This document shows positions 1 to 8,874 of a stretch of DNA of 46,027 bases, one piece after another. A program made the position numbers and the translations under genes. Under the pieces are notes generated by a model, which was given only the letters and a program-made list of their open reading frames with translations, had not been told where the DNA came from and made no database searches. The number at the start of each line of letters is the position of its first letter. Position 1 is the first letter of the stretch. Source of the stretch: Terriglobales bacterium (GTDB lineage: Bacteria > Acidobacteriota > Terriglobia > Terriglobales > Acidobacteriaceae); assembly GCA_035260505.1 (NCBI GenBank), contig DATFVD010000635.1, positions 1 to 46,027 on the forward strand, written 5' to 3'.

Positions 1-536
1 ACGTTGTAGATCAGCGGACCGAATGCCGGCAACAGGAAGAGACGGTGCGAGAGCAGCACCGCCGAAACGACTCCTCCGACGTAAAAGAAGATCTGCGCGG
101 GTAGAAGAATGCGCGTGAGATGAACACAGAGTTGCAACTGCTCCGGCGTGAAGCCGTGGAACATCCAACCGGCGAACTGGGGCGTGAAGATCTCGGCGAG
201 GATAGTGCCGGCGACGAGCACGGTGGTCATTACGGTGATGATGATCGAGAATGTTTTCTGCGCGTCCTGCTCGCGCTTTTCCGCCAAAAACCGGGTATAG
301 ATGGAGATGAATGTGATCGAGGCGGTGCCGCCGGCCACGACGTAATTGAGCCAGTCGGGCAGTGTGAACGCGGCGACGTAGGCGTCGGTCTGCTGCCCGG
401 CGCCGAAAGCGTAGGCGATGTAGGCCTCGCGGATGTATCCGATTACGCGCGAGAGCGTGATAGCGCCCATCAGCAGCAGCGTCGCCGAGAAGGCGGTGTG
501 CTGGTGTGATGGGCGGAAAAAGCGCAACAGACGCAT
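1..536 (-). CDS. murJ: Lipid II flippase MurJ/MviN, N-terminal ~178 aa; the gene runs off the window start
   Basis: Absent from the ORF track because it is truncated. Reverse-strand translation from ATG (536-534) gives MRLLRFFRPS...LSRVIGYIREAYIAYAFGAGQQTDAYVAAFTLPDWLNYVVAGG...LLPAQIFFYVGGVVSAVLLSHRLF. This matches the conserved MurJ N-terminus (SRVLGFxRD..FGAGxxTDAFxVAFxLPN). The + strand ORFs 120..509 and 433..642 are antisense artefacts. Confidence 0.85.
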   Translation of the reverse strand, partial: MRLLRFFRPSHQHTAFSATLLLMGAITLSRVIGYIREAYIAYAFGAGQQTDAYVAAFTLPDWLNYVVAGGTASITFISIYTRFLAEKREQDAQKTFSIIITVMTTVLVAGTILAEIFTPQFAGWMFHGFTPEQLQLCVHLTRILLPAQIFFYVGGVVSAVLLSHRLFLLPAFGPLIYN

Positions 537-624
537 CCTTCGCAGATTAACGCATCTTGCGGTTGGTGGGAGAGTTATTGGCGGGGCTGGAATCGGGGAA
601 GCCAATCTCGGCTTCCGCGACAGC

Positions 625-660
625 GCTGAGGAACGTTCTTAGGCTGAGGAACATTCTTAG
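625..660. repeat. Tandem direct duplication of an 18-nt unit (GCTGAGGAACGTTCTTAG / GCTGAGGAACATTCTTAG)
   Basis: Read directly: 625-642 and 643-660 differ at one position. Each unit contains a GAACRTTC palindrome core. The repeat lies about 90-125 nt upstream of the murJ start on the minus strand. Confidence 0.9.
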
Positions 661-685
661 TTGGTGTAACGCCTGATTACACCAA
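661..685. other. Perfect 9-bp stem hairpin (TTGGTGTAA-N7-TTACACCAA)
   Basis: Read directly. It lies between the TonB-receptor stop (792) and the murJ start (536). No T-tract follows on the minus strand, so a terminator role is uncertain. Confidence 0.6.
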
Positions 686-791
686 CTATCCCGATCCAGC
701 GTCTTTTTCCAACAGTTTACCCGAGGCGGGTTATTTCAGAACTGTCTTTCCGTTCGCATCGCTCAAATTGAGCCGGGCGTAAACCCGAAAC

Positions 792-3700
792 TCAAAACGC
801 GAACCGCGTAGAGAATTGGAAACTTCGCGAGCCGAATTTGGGGACGATCGCGCCGGGCGCCCCGAAATCCGGGTTGGGAGCCAGGGCCCAGATCTGGTCG
901 GTGCTGTTGTTCGGGTTCACGATGGGGCACTGCTGTGTTGGATCGGGGCAGATTTGGTATTGCACGTTGTTGATCACGTTTTGCTGGTAGTTTGGATGGT
1001 TGAAAATGTCGAAAGCCTCCGCCCGGAAACTCAACTGGTAGCGCTCCCCCAGATGGAAGACTCGAGAAATACTGAAATCGACATCCTTGAATGTCGGGCC
1101 GCGGAAGGAATTGAACTTCTCGCCCGGGACGATGGAGAAATTTACCTCGGGGTTGTCGAAGACTGCAGTGTAGGGGCGACCGCTGGCCAGAGTGACGATA
1201 CTGCTGACTTCGAAATTTTTCAGCGCGCGAAACTGGGGAAACCATACCCCGGTCGCCACAAAGCGATGAGTCTGATCGAGTTGCGAAGGCCCGCGCTGCG
1301 AGGCCTGGTCGAACTGATTGAAGTATCCGGTCCCTTGGTCGGTAGTTTTCGACAGCGTGTAGGCGACCGAACTCAGGAACTGGCGTGAGTGGTGGCGTAG
1401 CGAGACTAGCAGGCCGTTGTAGATGGACAGGCCGGAATTATCGATGGCATTGATGGTGCCGAAGTTGGGATTGATGAAGCCATCGATGGCGCTGAAATCC
1501 GGCGTCGTATACGTCTTTCCGTTCGGCAACGTCACGGTGGCGGTGTTTGCGGATCCTCCGAAAGCAACTTGTTGATCCGGCGGGACAAGGTTCAGATCGA
1601 ACCCAAAATTACCGTTAGCCTGGCGCGTGACCCCGTTGGAATTTCCCAAGAGGTGAAGGCCGTGGCTGTAGACATATCCGACGCTGAGCGCGGTTTCGCT
1701 GCCGAACTGGTGTTCCACCGCGACATTGGCCTGCTCGACATAGGGGCTGCGGAAATTCGGAGAAAAGACGACGATGGATGGAGTGCCACCTGCACCGCTA
1801 GGAAACGAGGTGAGGCTGTCGGGGTAAGTGACCAGAGGATTCGAGTTTCCAAATGCTGGCCCCACAACGACCAAAAATGGTCGGGTTATTCCGTTCGAGG
1901 CGAAGGCCTGGGAAACGTCGAGCAAGTCCGCTTGAATATAGAACAGGCCAAATGAACCGCGAACCACGGTGCCTCCCTTGCGGTCGAGCGCGTAGGCGAA
2001 TCCGACCCGAGGCGAAACATTGTTCTTGCTGTAAGGAATATGGCAAGTCAGAGCGAAGGCGGGATTGCACTGCTTTGGCTGCGCGAGGACCTGCAAGTCG
2101 TAACGCAGGCCATAATTGAGAGTCAGGCGCGGCGTGGCGCGGAATTGATCCTGGGCGAAGAAGGAATACGTGGGCGAGGTCTGATTAATCGCTCCCTGTC
2201 CGAACGATTGCAGATAAAGCTCGTAATTGCCGCTGGGTACATCGGTAAGGCTGCCGAAACGATACTCTCCCTTCGGTCCGTACGTGAAGGAATCCGCGTT
2301 GCGGCTGATGTTGATATCCACACCAGCTTTCAAGTTGTGATTCCCTAGGACCTTAGTGAAGGTGTCGGTGAATTCGTAGCGACGGTCGGTGTTGGCAAGT
2401 TGAAACCGGTTTCCGCCAAAAACGAAGCCGGTATCTGGATTCTGGATAGTAACCGCAGGCGAAGTTGGGGGAGAAGCCGGAAGATCGAAGTGATAATCGC
2501 TCCCGAAGTGGAAGCGGACTTCGTTGATGGTGGTGGCGTTGAAACTGGTTTGCAGCGACGCCTGGAAGAAATGACTGGTGGCTCCGTCGGTCAGCGATAG
2601 ACCGTCGCCGGTTGAGGTGGGCGTATTGAAATATCCGTGCGGACTGCGGAAGCGCTGGTAGTTGTAGGTGACACTGAACGTGTTCTTGTCGTTAATGACG
2701 CCGTTGATCTTTCCGAAAGCTACGTCCTGGTTGAAACTACGGGGGAAAGAACCGGCCGCTGCTGCAATCTGCGCTGCCAGGGCGGGATTGTCGACTAGGA
2801 AATTGGGATCTTGGGCAAGCGCGTCATTCAACTGGGAGCTGTCATTCACCGTCAACGGCTCGTTGCGTATCTGACTTTCATAATTGCCGACGTAGAAAAG
2901 ACGATTATGAATGATCGGTCCGCCGATCGTGCCTCCAACCTGCTGTCTGCGATTGTGAGGCTTGGGAATCCCCAGCCCCTCGTTGATCTTGTCGTTGGCG
3001 CTGGTCGCGGAGTCAAGGACGTAGTAATAGGCATCGCCATGAACCTGGTTGGTGCCACTTTTGGTCACTGAGTTCACCAGACCACCTCCGGCCTGGCCGA
3101 ACTCAGCTTCGAATCCGGTGCTGGTGACCTGGAATTCGCGGATTACGTCTTCGCTGAACTGGAAGGGGATGGTGCGTCCGATCTGCTGCGCGAAAAAAGC
3201 GTTATTGTTGTTGCCGCCATCGACGGTGTAGTTGTTGAAATTGCCCGCGACCCCGTTGAAGCTGATCATGCCGAAATCGCCATCGGTAGTGGCCCCAGGA
3301 GTGAGAAGGGCAAAGTCGGTGAAGTTGCGCCCGTTGAGGGGAAGGGATTCAATGCTCTGCTGGTCTACGACGGTTCCGAGCGAAGACTCAGCGGTATCCA
3401 CCAAAGGGGTGATGGCACTCACGGAGACGGTGGTTTCCACCTTGCCAACAGCAAGTTGCGGGTGAATGATGGCGCGAGTGCCGACGGTAACGCTGACGTC
3501 CTTCAGCACAAGTTTGTTGAATCCGGCTTTCTGAATGGAGATTTCATAAGTGCCAGGATCAAGATAAAGAAAGGTGAAATCGCCCTCGGTGCCGGACTGT
3601 AGCGTCGCGGAAATCCCTGTGTTCTGGTTGCGCACCGTAACGCCTGCAGCGGGCACGGCGGCCCCGCTGGAATCGGTCACCGTTCCCTCAAGCCGTCCGG

Positions 3701-3818
3701 TGGCCGAAGCGGACTGAGCATGAACTGCGGTTGATGACAGCATCAAAATCAACGCGAGAAGGAGCACTAACCCTGGGGAAAAAAAGGACGGGTGAAGTCG
3801 CGGGCTGCACTGGCGCAT
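792..3818 (-). CDS. TonB-dependent outer-membrane receptor with N-terminal carboxypeptidase-regulatory-like domain (Oar-like)
   Basis: 1008 aa with a signal peptide (LLLALILMLSSTAVHAQSA). The N-terminal domain has the GRLEGTVTDSSGAAVPAAGVTVRN...GDFTFLYLDPGTYEISIQKAGF pattern. A plug-like LPLNGRNFTDFALLTPG motif follows, then a long beta-barrel ending in an aromatic residue (FSTRFAF). Confidence 0.9.
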   Translation of the reverse strand: MRQCSPRLHPSFFSPGLVLLLALILMLSSTAVHAQSASATGRLEGTVTDSSGAAVPAAGVTVRNQNTGISATLQSGTEGDFTFLYLDPGTYEISIQKAGFNKLVLKDVSVTVGTRAIIHPQLAVGKVETTVSVSAITPLVDTAESSLGTVVDQQSIESLPLNGRNFTDFALLTPGATTDGDFGMISFNGVAGNFNNYTVDGGNNNNAFFAQQIGRTIPFQFSEDVIREFQVTSTGFEAEFGQAGGGLVNSVTKSGTNQVHGDAYYYVLDSATSANDKINEGLGIPKPHNRRQQVGGTIGGPIIHNRLFYVGNYESQIRNEPLTVNDSSQLNDALAQDPNFLVDNPALAAQIAAAAGSFPRSFNQDVAFGKINGVINDKNTFSVTYNYQRFRSPHGYFNTPTSTGDGLSLTDGATSHFFQASLQTSFNATTINEVRFHFGSDYHFDLPASPPTSPAVTIQNPDTGFVFGGNRFQLANTDRRYEFTDTFTKVLGNHNLKAGVDINISRNADSFTYGPKGEYRFGSLTDVPSGNYELYLQSFGQGAINQTSPTYSFFAQDQFRATPRLTLNYGLRYDLQVLAQPKQCNPAFALTCHIPYSKNNVSPRVGFAYALDRKGGTVVRGSFGLFYIQADLLDVSQAFASNGITRPFLVVVGPAFGNSNPLVTYPDSLTSFPSGAGGTPSIVVFSPNFRSPYVEQANVAVEHQFGSETALSVGYVYSHGLHLLGNSNGVTRQANGNFGFDLNLVPPDQQVAFGGSANTATVTLPNGKTYTTPDFSAIDGFINPNFGTINAIDNSGLSIYNGLLVSLRHHSRQFLSSVAYTLSKTTDQGTGYFNQFDQASQRGPSQLDQTHRFVATGVWFPQFRALKNFEVSSIVTLASGRPYTAVFDNPEVNFSIVPGEKFNSFRGPTFKDVDFSISRVFHLGERYQLSFRAEAFDIFNHPNYQQNVINNVQYQICPDPTQQCPIVNPNNSTDQIWALAPNPDFGAPGAIVPKFGSRSFQFSTRFAF

Positions 3819-4089
3819 GGGTCTCCGTTTCTGGGCTAAAAATCATTCGTGCAGGCTCATGATGTTTCCCCTCAAAATGACCCGAAGACAGTAATCCTGA
3901 TTTCAACGGGATAGAGTGCGCCTGCGACACACTCAAAGTAATAGGTTTCGTGCGCGGCTTCAAGTCATTTCCCCTGAATGTCTTCGGGGAACACGCGAAG
4001 GGTACCGTACTCCTCCGACTGGAGCTAGTCCGGTCTGGGATTCCAGTACTCGCTCCGGCTACGCCCGCGCAAAATGTGATCGCAACTCT

Positions 4090-4115
4090 GCGCGGGCGGG
4101 GCGCCCGCGCCACAC
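4090..4115. repeat. GC-rich palindromic element, family B (GCGGGCGGGGCGCCCGCG-C/A-CACAC)
   Basis: The core GCGGGCG-GGGC-GCCCGC is self-complementary. The same 24-nt core recurs at 40892..40922. It lies in the divergent intergenic region between the receptor and the aminotransferase. Confidence 0.75.
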
Positions 4116-4139
4116 AACTCTCGTTGCTATAATCCGCGT

Positions 4140-5552
4140 GTGACCGAACCTGTGCTGCTCCAACAACAACTTCGCACTCCAGTGTTGCGACGGTCGTTTC
4201 ATAAGCCGTATCCCGTGGCTGTGCGGGGTGCCGGCGTTTATGTTTGGGATGGCGATGGCAAGCGCTATCTGGATTTCTCGGGATCGGCGGCGGTGAACTT
4301 CATTGGGCATGGCGTTCGCGAAATTGCTGACGCCATGGCGGAACAGGCTCGGCAGTTGGAGTTTGTCCATACCAGCCAGTTCACGACCCCGGTTGCCGAA
4401 GAATTTGCGCAGGAGTTGCTTGAGTTTGCGGGAGAACACTTTACTGGCGGAGCGGTTTACTTCACCAGTGGTGGATCGGAGTCGGTGGAGACAGCGCTGA
4501 AACTTGCGCGCCAGTACCAGGTGGAGATCGGCGAGCGGAATCGGTATCAGATTCTGAGCCGCCAGCAGAGTTATCACGGAGCAACACTCGGCGCACTCGC
4601 AGTTTCCGGCAATAAGAAACGCCGCGAAATCTACCTGCCGATGGTGCGCGAGTTTGAGCACATCGGCATTCCTTATTGCTATCGCTGCGCTTTTGACTGC
4701 ACCGACAGTTGCTACAACTGCGGACAGCAATATGCCGCGGAGTTGGAACGTGCGATCGTGGCGGCGAGGGGCACCGCCGTGCAGAATAACGTGGCGGGCT
4801 TTATCTTCGAACCGATGAGCGGAGCTACATTGGGGGCGGTTACGCCTCCTCCGGGATACTTGCCGGCTATCGCAGATATCTGCCGGCGCCACGGTGTGCT
4901 GCTGATTGCCGATGAAATCATGACCGGCATGGGGCGCACCGGCCGAAATTTTGCGGTTGAGCATTTCGCGATGGAGCATGGGGGAATTGCGCCCGACATT
5001 CTGGTCACCGCCAAGGGGCTTTCTTCGGGATACGCTCCGCTGGGCGCGGTGATTGCGACGAAGAAAGTTGTCGATGCGATTGCCGAGGGCTCGGGAGCTT
5101 TTCTGCACGGTTTTACCTACAACGCGCATCCGGTTTCGGTAGCTGCCGGACACGCGGTGCTGCGGCGCATCCGGGCGTTGAATCTGGTGCACGCCGCGGA
5201 TTCGCAGAGCGAAGGCACGGCGGGGTCGGCGCTGAAGATCGCACTGGAAGGTTTGCGCGATCTGGGTGCGGTCGGCGATGTCCGCGGCCTGGGCTTGTTG
5301 TGGGGCGTTGAGTTCGTTGCCGAGAAGAAGACGAAGGCTCCTTTCCCGCCGGAGAAGAATTTCGCTGGGCTGGTTGGGCAGGCATGTCTTAGGCGAGGGC
5401 TGTTGGTCTATCCCATGCAGGGCTGCGTGGACGGCGTCGCGGGCGATCATCTGCTGATTGCGCCTCCTGCAGTGATTTCGGCCGAAGAGATTCGGTGGGG
5501 GGCGGAGCAGATACGGGCTGCGATGCTGGAGGTTGCCGCCCATGCTTATTGA
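4140..5552 (+). CDS. Class-III (omega) pyridoxal-phosphate aminotransferase
   Basis: 470 aa, GTG start. Contains YLDFSGSAAVNFIGHG, FTSGGSESVETALKLAR, LLIADEIMTGMGRTG and ILVTAKGLSSGYAPLGA (PLP lysine region). These are typical of the aspartate-aminotransferase-fold class III family. Confidence 0.9.
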   Translation: MTEPVLLQQQLRTPVLRRSFHKPYPVAVRGAGVYVWDGDGKRYLDFSGSAAVNFIGHGVREIADAMAEQARQLEFVHTSQFTTPVAEEFAQELLEFAGEHFTGGAVYFTSGGSESVETALKLARQYQVEIGERNRYQILSRQQSYHGATLGALAVSGNKKRREIYLPMVREFEHIGIPYCYRCAFDCTDSCYNCGQQYAAELERAIVAARGTAVQNNVAGFIFEPMSGATLGAVTPPPGYLPAIADICRRHGVLLIADEIMTGMGRTGRNFAVEHFAMEHGGIAPDILVTAKGLSSGYAPLGAVIATKKVVDAIAEGSGAFLHGFTYNAHPVSVAAGHAVLRRIRALNLVHAADSQSEGTAGSALKIALEGLRDLGAVGDVRGLGLLWGVEFVAEKKTKAPFPPEKNFAGLVGQACLRRGLLVYPMQGCVDGVAGDHLLIAPPAVISAEEIRWGAEQIRAAMLEVAAHAY

Positions 5553-5617
5553 AGATCAAAGGAAGCTGCCGGTGTTCGGGGCGCTGAACAGCCAGTGTAG
5601 TGGCGGGCAGCTAAGAG

Positions 5618-6082
5618 CTAGTTCAACTGCTCGTCCAAAGGACGGTGGCGCGGCCGTCCCGGATGGGCACTGATGCTGCGGAATTTATGGTAAAGTGCGT
5701 GCAAGTCTTCGCTCAAGAGCCGCACCACCTCCATAGAGAAGTCGGCATGCTCTCGTAGAAACTCCGTGAAGTCATCCCGCGGGATGAAGGACGCCGTTGT
5801 TTGCTCGCCTGCTTCGGCCGTGATCCGATATGTCGCGCCGCTCATGCACTCGCTCAGTCCGAGCATTGTTCCGGGACCGACAACCTCCAGAAGCTGCTTT
5901 TGGCTCTGACCGGTCGGCAACAGGACACGAACCTCGCCGCTCTCCACCAGGTAAACGCCCGTTGCCGCGGAGCCCTGCTGAAACAGTTTGCCGCCTTTGG
6001 GGAATAACCGAACCGATTTGATCCCGTGAAGAGCCTGCAACAGCTCGGGACTCAATCTGCCTGGCGTCGGCTGCGACGACAC
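5618..6082 (-). CDS. Stand-alone cyclic-nucleotide-binding (CAP effector) domain protein, no DNA-binding domain
   Basis: Carries the cNMP-binding pattern LFPKGGKLFQQGSAATGVYLVESGEVRVLL...LLEVVGPGTMLGLSE...YRITAEA. The C-terminal 45 aa show no HTH. The preferred start is GTG at 6082, preceded by GAGGGAG 7 nt upstream. The track start (6214) adds 44 Cys/Thr-rich residues with no SD. Confidence 0.7.
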   Translation of the reverse strand: MSSQPTPGRLSPELLQALHGIKSVRLFPKGGKLFQQGSAATGVYLVESGEVRVLLPTGQSQKQLLEVVGPGTMLGLSECMSGATYRITAEAGEQTTASFIPRDDFTEFLREHADFSMEVVRLLSEDLHALYHKFRSISAHPGRPRHRPLDEQLN

Positions 6083-6345
6083 AATGTCACTCCCTCTGGC
6101 CACGTTTATCTTCGTCCTGGTCCTGCAGACACTCGGAACCGCAGAGGCTGTGGTTTTGCAACATGGCCCCGAGTGACAGGTGACCACGAGCCGCTGGCTC
6201 CAGATTACACCCAACGAGGGTCTGCTGGGCGCCCGTTCCTGATTAAAGTCAATGGAGCTTAGCGCAATCAGTTCTCAGCGGGGTGAGCCTGGGGACTGTT
6301 CATGCCCTGACGAGACGTGTGGTCGGTGGGTTGGGGGTTTGCCGC

Positions 6346-8874
6346 TTATTGCCGCTCAAGAATTTCGTCGATTGCGGCTTTGCTGCCTCGGTCGACGCTG
6401 ATGACTTTGTGGACCGGCTTGAAACCGGTCAGCGTGATATCCACGACATAGTTCCCAGGTCCCAGCATGACGTCAACGGGCGAAATCTTATCAAGGACGC
6501 GTTGATTGATCGCGATCTGTGCGCCTTTCGGCTGGGTGTGAATGCTGATGGCACCCATACCCGCCGTGCTGTCTCCGCCGTGTTGACCGAACAGCTTGTT
6601 GAACTTGCCGACGGTCCGCATTTCGTCAGCGTTGCCCAGCGCTCTGAGCACCGGCGAGTACTGGAAATTCTGCGCGGGACCCAGATCGGCGGTAACGGTC
6701 TCGTCGAGGTATCCCGGTTTGCGCAACAGAACTGTGTGGCTGCCTTTTTCCACTGCGAAGCGCGTCGGGGTCACTAGTCGGGTAGGCTTGCCGTCCAACA
6801 TGACGTCGGCGCCCGGCGGCGTGCTGTTCACCACCATCAATGCATTGACCGGCGACAAATGAAACACCAGAGACGTCTTGCCGCCGGCAACGACATCGAC
6901 TGACCGTATCTCGGACGAATAGCCGGACTTGCTTGCAGATACGATGTGCTTGCCGGGACCGAGGGCCGGGACATTAAAGGGTGTGACCCACGAGGGATCG
7001 CTTTTTCCATCAACTTGAAACTCTGCGCCCTGCGGGCTGGAGTCGATCAGCGCCTGGCCTGGGATCGCGACCGGTGCGACTGGAGCAGGCGGCCGTCGAC
7101 TGCTGTGCGAATTGCGCTTTTCGACTTGACGTACCGTCAGGCTCGGTTCAGCTTCCGCAATCGGCGGAGCCGGCGTCTCGATTTGTGGTGCCACTGGAAT
7201 CTGGGCAACCAGCTGGGTGGATGGCGAGCTTGGCTTCACGGGTTTTGTCGACCGCGGAGCAGCTGTGGAACCATCGTCTTCGGAGCGAACATGAAAAAAG
7301 ATCGCGAGCGCAACCACAAGAATCAGCCCGACCGCGCCCAGTATCGAATAGATCATCAGACGCGGCGGAACGGTGGCCATTTCGTGGATCGCCTTTTGCG
7401 CGACCTCCCGCGGCTGAATCTTTGGTTTCTCGTCTTTCCGCGGGTAGATCTGCGTCACCGGGCGCGTCGGCTCAGTGGGCTCGGGAACTGGCGGCACGAA
7501 AACAGGTTCCTTAAGTGGAGGCATCTCGGCCAGATCCGAAAAACTTGTGCCTGGTGAGACCGCAGCCGAATCGGACATCATGGGATCGGACATCATCGGA
7601 TCAACCGCCACGCGAGGCGCATGCTGCTCCGATTCCTGCTCCACGACAGCCGCTGATAAAACTGGGCCACGTCCCGCTTGGGATTCGGGAGCACTTACGG
7701 CAAAGTCACTGATGAGTCGCGCGCCAGACTTCGAATCAGAGGTCGAATAGGATTTCGAACCAAAGCTCGAATCAGACTCAATTGCAAAGTTAGCATTGGA
7801 TATGCGTGCAGCACTCCCTACGGTCACCGCGCCCGCGGCGGCCGCAGCGGCTTTGGTTCCCACTGCCGGTAGAGCAGTCTGCGCACGCACCGACGCGTCC
7901 CCTCCAGAAGAAACAGGAGAAACAGACTTAGGCGAAACCGGTTGCGCCGTGCCTGAGGCCGCCGAGACAAACTTGCTGGCTGCCGCCGCGCGAGCTGCGG
8001 AATTTACACCCACACTCGGCGCTGGAGTCGTCTTTTTGGGATCAGTGGCGGTCTTCTTGCCGTTTTCCTTGCACTTCTCCAGGTCATCCACCAGTTCGCG
8101 TGCGCTCTGATAACGGTCGGCCGGATTCTTCGCGAGCGCTCTCATAATCAGCGCGCTCACTGCCGGATGAATTTTGGAATTCACGGCGGATGGGCTGGAG
8201 GGCATATCATTCTCAATCTGGCTTAGAAGCGTAACGGGATCTGCGGCGTCGAAAGCCTTCCGGCTAACCACCATCTCGTAGAGGATCGCCCCTAAAGTAA
8301 ACAAATTCGAACGCAGGTCGATGGCTTCTCCTCGGATCTGTTCGGGAGAACAGTAGGGCATCAGCCGGCCCAGGCCTTTTCCCGATTCAGCTTCAATCAG
8401 GCTCATGCTGGAGATGCCATAGCCGAGGATTTTGACCATCCCGTCCCACTGCACCATGATCTTGGCTGGTTCCAATGAATGGTGAGCCACACCCTTCGTG
8501 GCAGCCTGCTCCAGGCCGGCGCAGACCTGGCGCGTAATGTCGAGTAGATCCCAAATGGAGAAGCCTTCTTTACGCGTCAACATGGTGGCAACGCTGTTGC
8601 CCTGGATATATTCCATCGCGGCGCAGAACTGGCCGTCGATTTCCCCTGCGCCGTAGAGAAGGACAATGTTCTGGCTGGCGAGATCGCGGGTGCTCTCGCC
8701 TTCGGCGATCAGCGCGTCTACAAAAGAGTCGGCGCGGTCGCCAAGCGGCTCCAGACTCTGGGTCTTAAGCGCCACGACCTGGTTGGTTTCCATGTCGATC
8801 GCCTTATAAATCAAGGCAGTCTCCGACTGGGAGAGTTCACTCTGGATTTCGAACCGTCCAAACATCGTCGCCAT
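6346..8874 (-). CDS. Membrane-anchored Hanks-type Ser/Thr kinase-fold protein (predicted pseudokinase) with three C-terminal PEGA domains
   Basis: 842 aa. N-terminal kinase fold: VALK lysine, YCSPEQ, LGAILYEM, KNPADRYQSA. A disordered Ala/Ser/Pro linker and one TM helix (MIYSILGAVGLILVVALAIFF) follow. Three PEGA-like repeats are present (GAEFQVDGK.., PPGADVMLDGK.., PKGAQIAINQR..). The catalytic motifs are degenerate (see findings). Confidence 0.85.
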   Translation of the reverse strand: MATMFGRFEIQSELSQSETALIYKAIDMETNQVVALKTQSLEPLGDRADSFVDALIAEGESTRDLASQNIVLLYGAGEIDGQFCAAMEYIQGNSVATMLTRKEGFSIWDLLDITRQVCAGLEQAATKGVAHHSLEPAKIMVQWDGMVKILGYGISSMSLIEAESGKGLGRLMPYCSPEQIRGEAIDLRSNLFTLGAILYEMVVSRKAFDAADPVTLLSQIENDMPSSPSAVNSKIHPAVSALIMRALAKNPADRYQSARELVDDLEKCKENGKKTATDPKKTTPAPSVGVNSAARAAAASKFVSAASGTAQPVSPKSVSPVSSGGDASVRAQTALPAVGTKAAAAAAGAVTVGSAARISNANFAIESDSSFGSKSYSTSDSKSGARLISDFAVSAPESQAGRGPVLSAAVVEQESEQHAPRVAVDPMMSDPMMSDSAAVSPGTSFSDLAEMPPLKEPVFVPPVPEPTEPTRPVTQIYPRKDEKPKIQPREVAQKAIHEMATVPPRLMIYSILGAVGLILVVALAIFFHVRSEDDGSTAAPRSTKPVKPSSPSTQLVAQIPVAPQIETPAPPIAEAEPSLTVRQVEKRNSHSSRRPPAPVAPVAIPGQALIDSSPQGAEFQVDGKSDPSWVTPFNVPALGPGKHIVSASKSGYSSEIRSVDVVAGGKTSLVFHLSPVNALMVVNSTPPGADVMLDGKPTRLVTPTRFAVEKGSHTVLLRKPGYLDETVTADLGPAQNFQYSPVLRALGNADEMRTVGKFNKLFGQHGGDSTAGMGAISIHTQPKGAQIAINQRVLDKISPVDVMLGPGNYVVDITLTGFKPVHKVISVDRGSKAAIDEILERQ

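Noticed and set aside
3835-3870. Fur-box-like AT-rich motif (AAAATCATTC ... CATGATG) upstream of the TonB receptor
   Set aside because: It matches only about half of the 19-bp Fur consensus and has no clear dyad. I cannot support it without a matrix score.
4059-5543. 494-aa ORF on the minus strand
   Set aside because: It is fully antisense to the class-III aminotransferase gene, which has clear family motifs. The product is Arg/His/Gln-rich with no recognisable domain, a typical high-GC antisense artefact.
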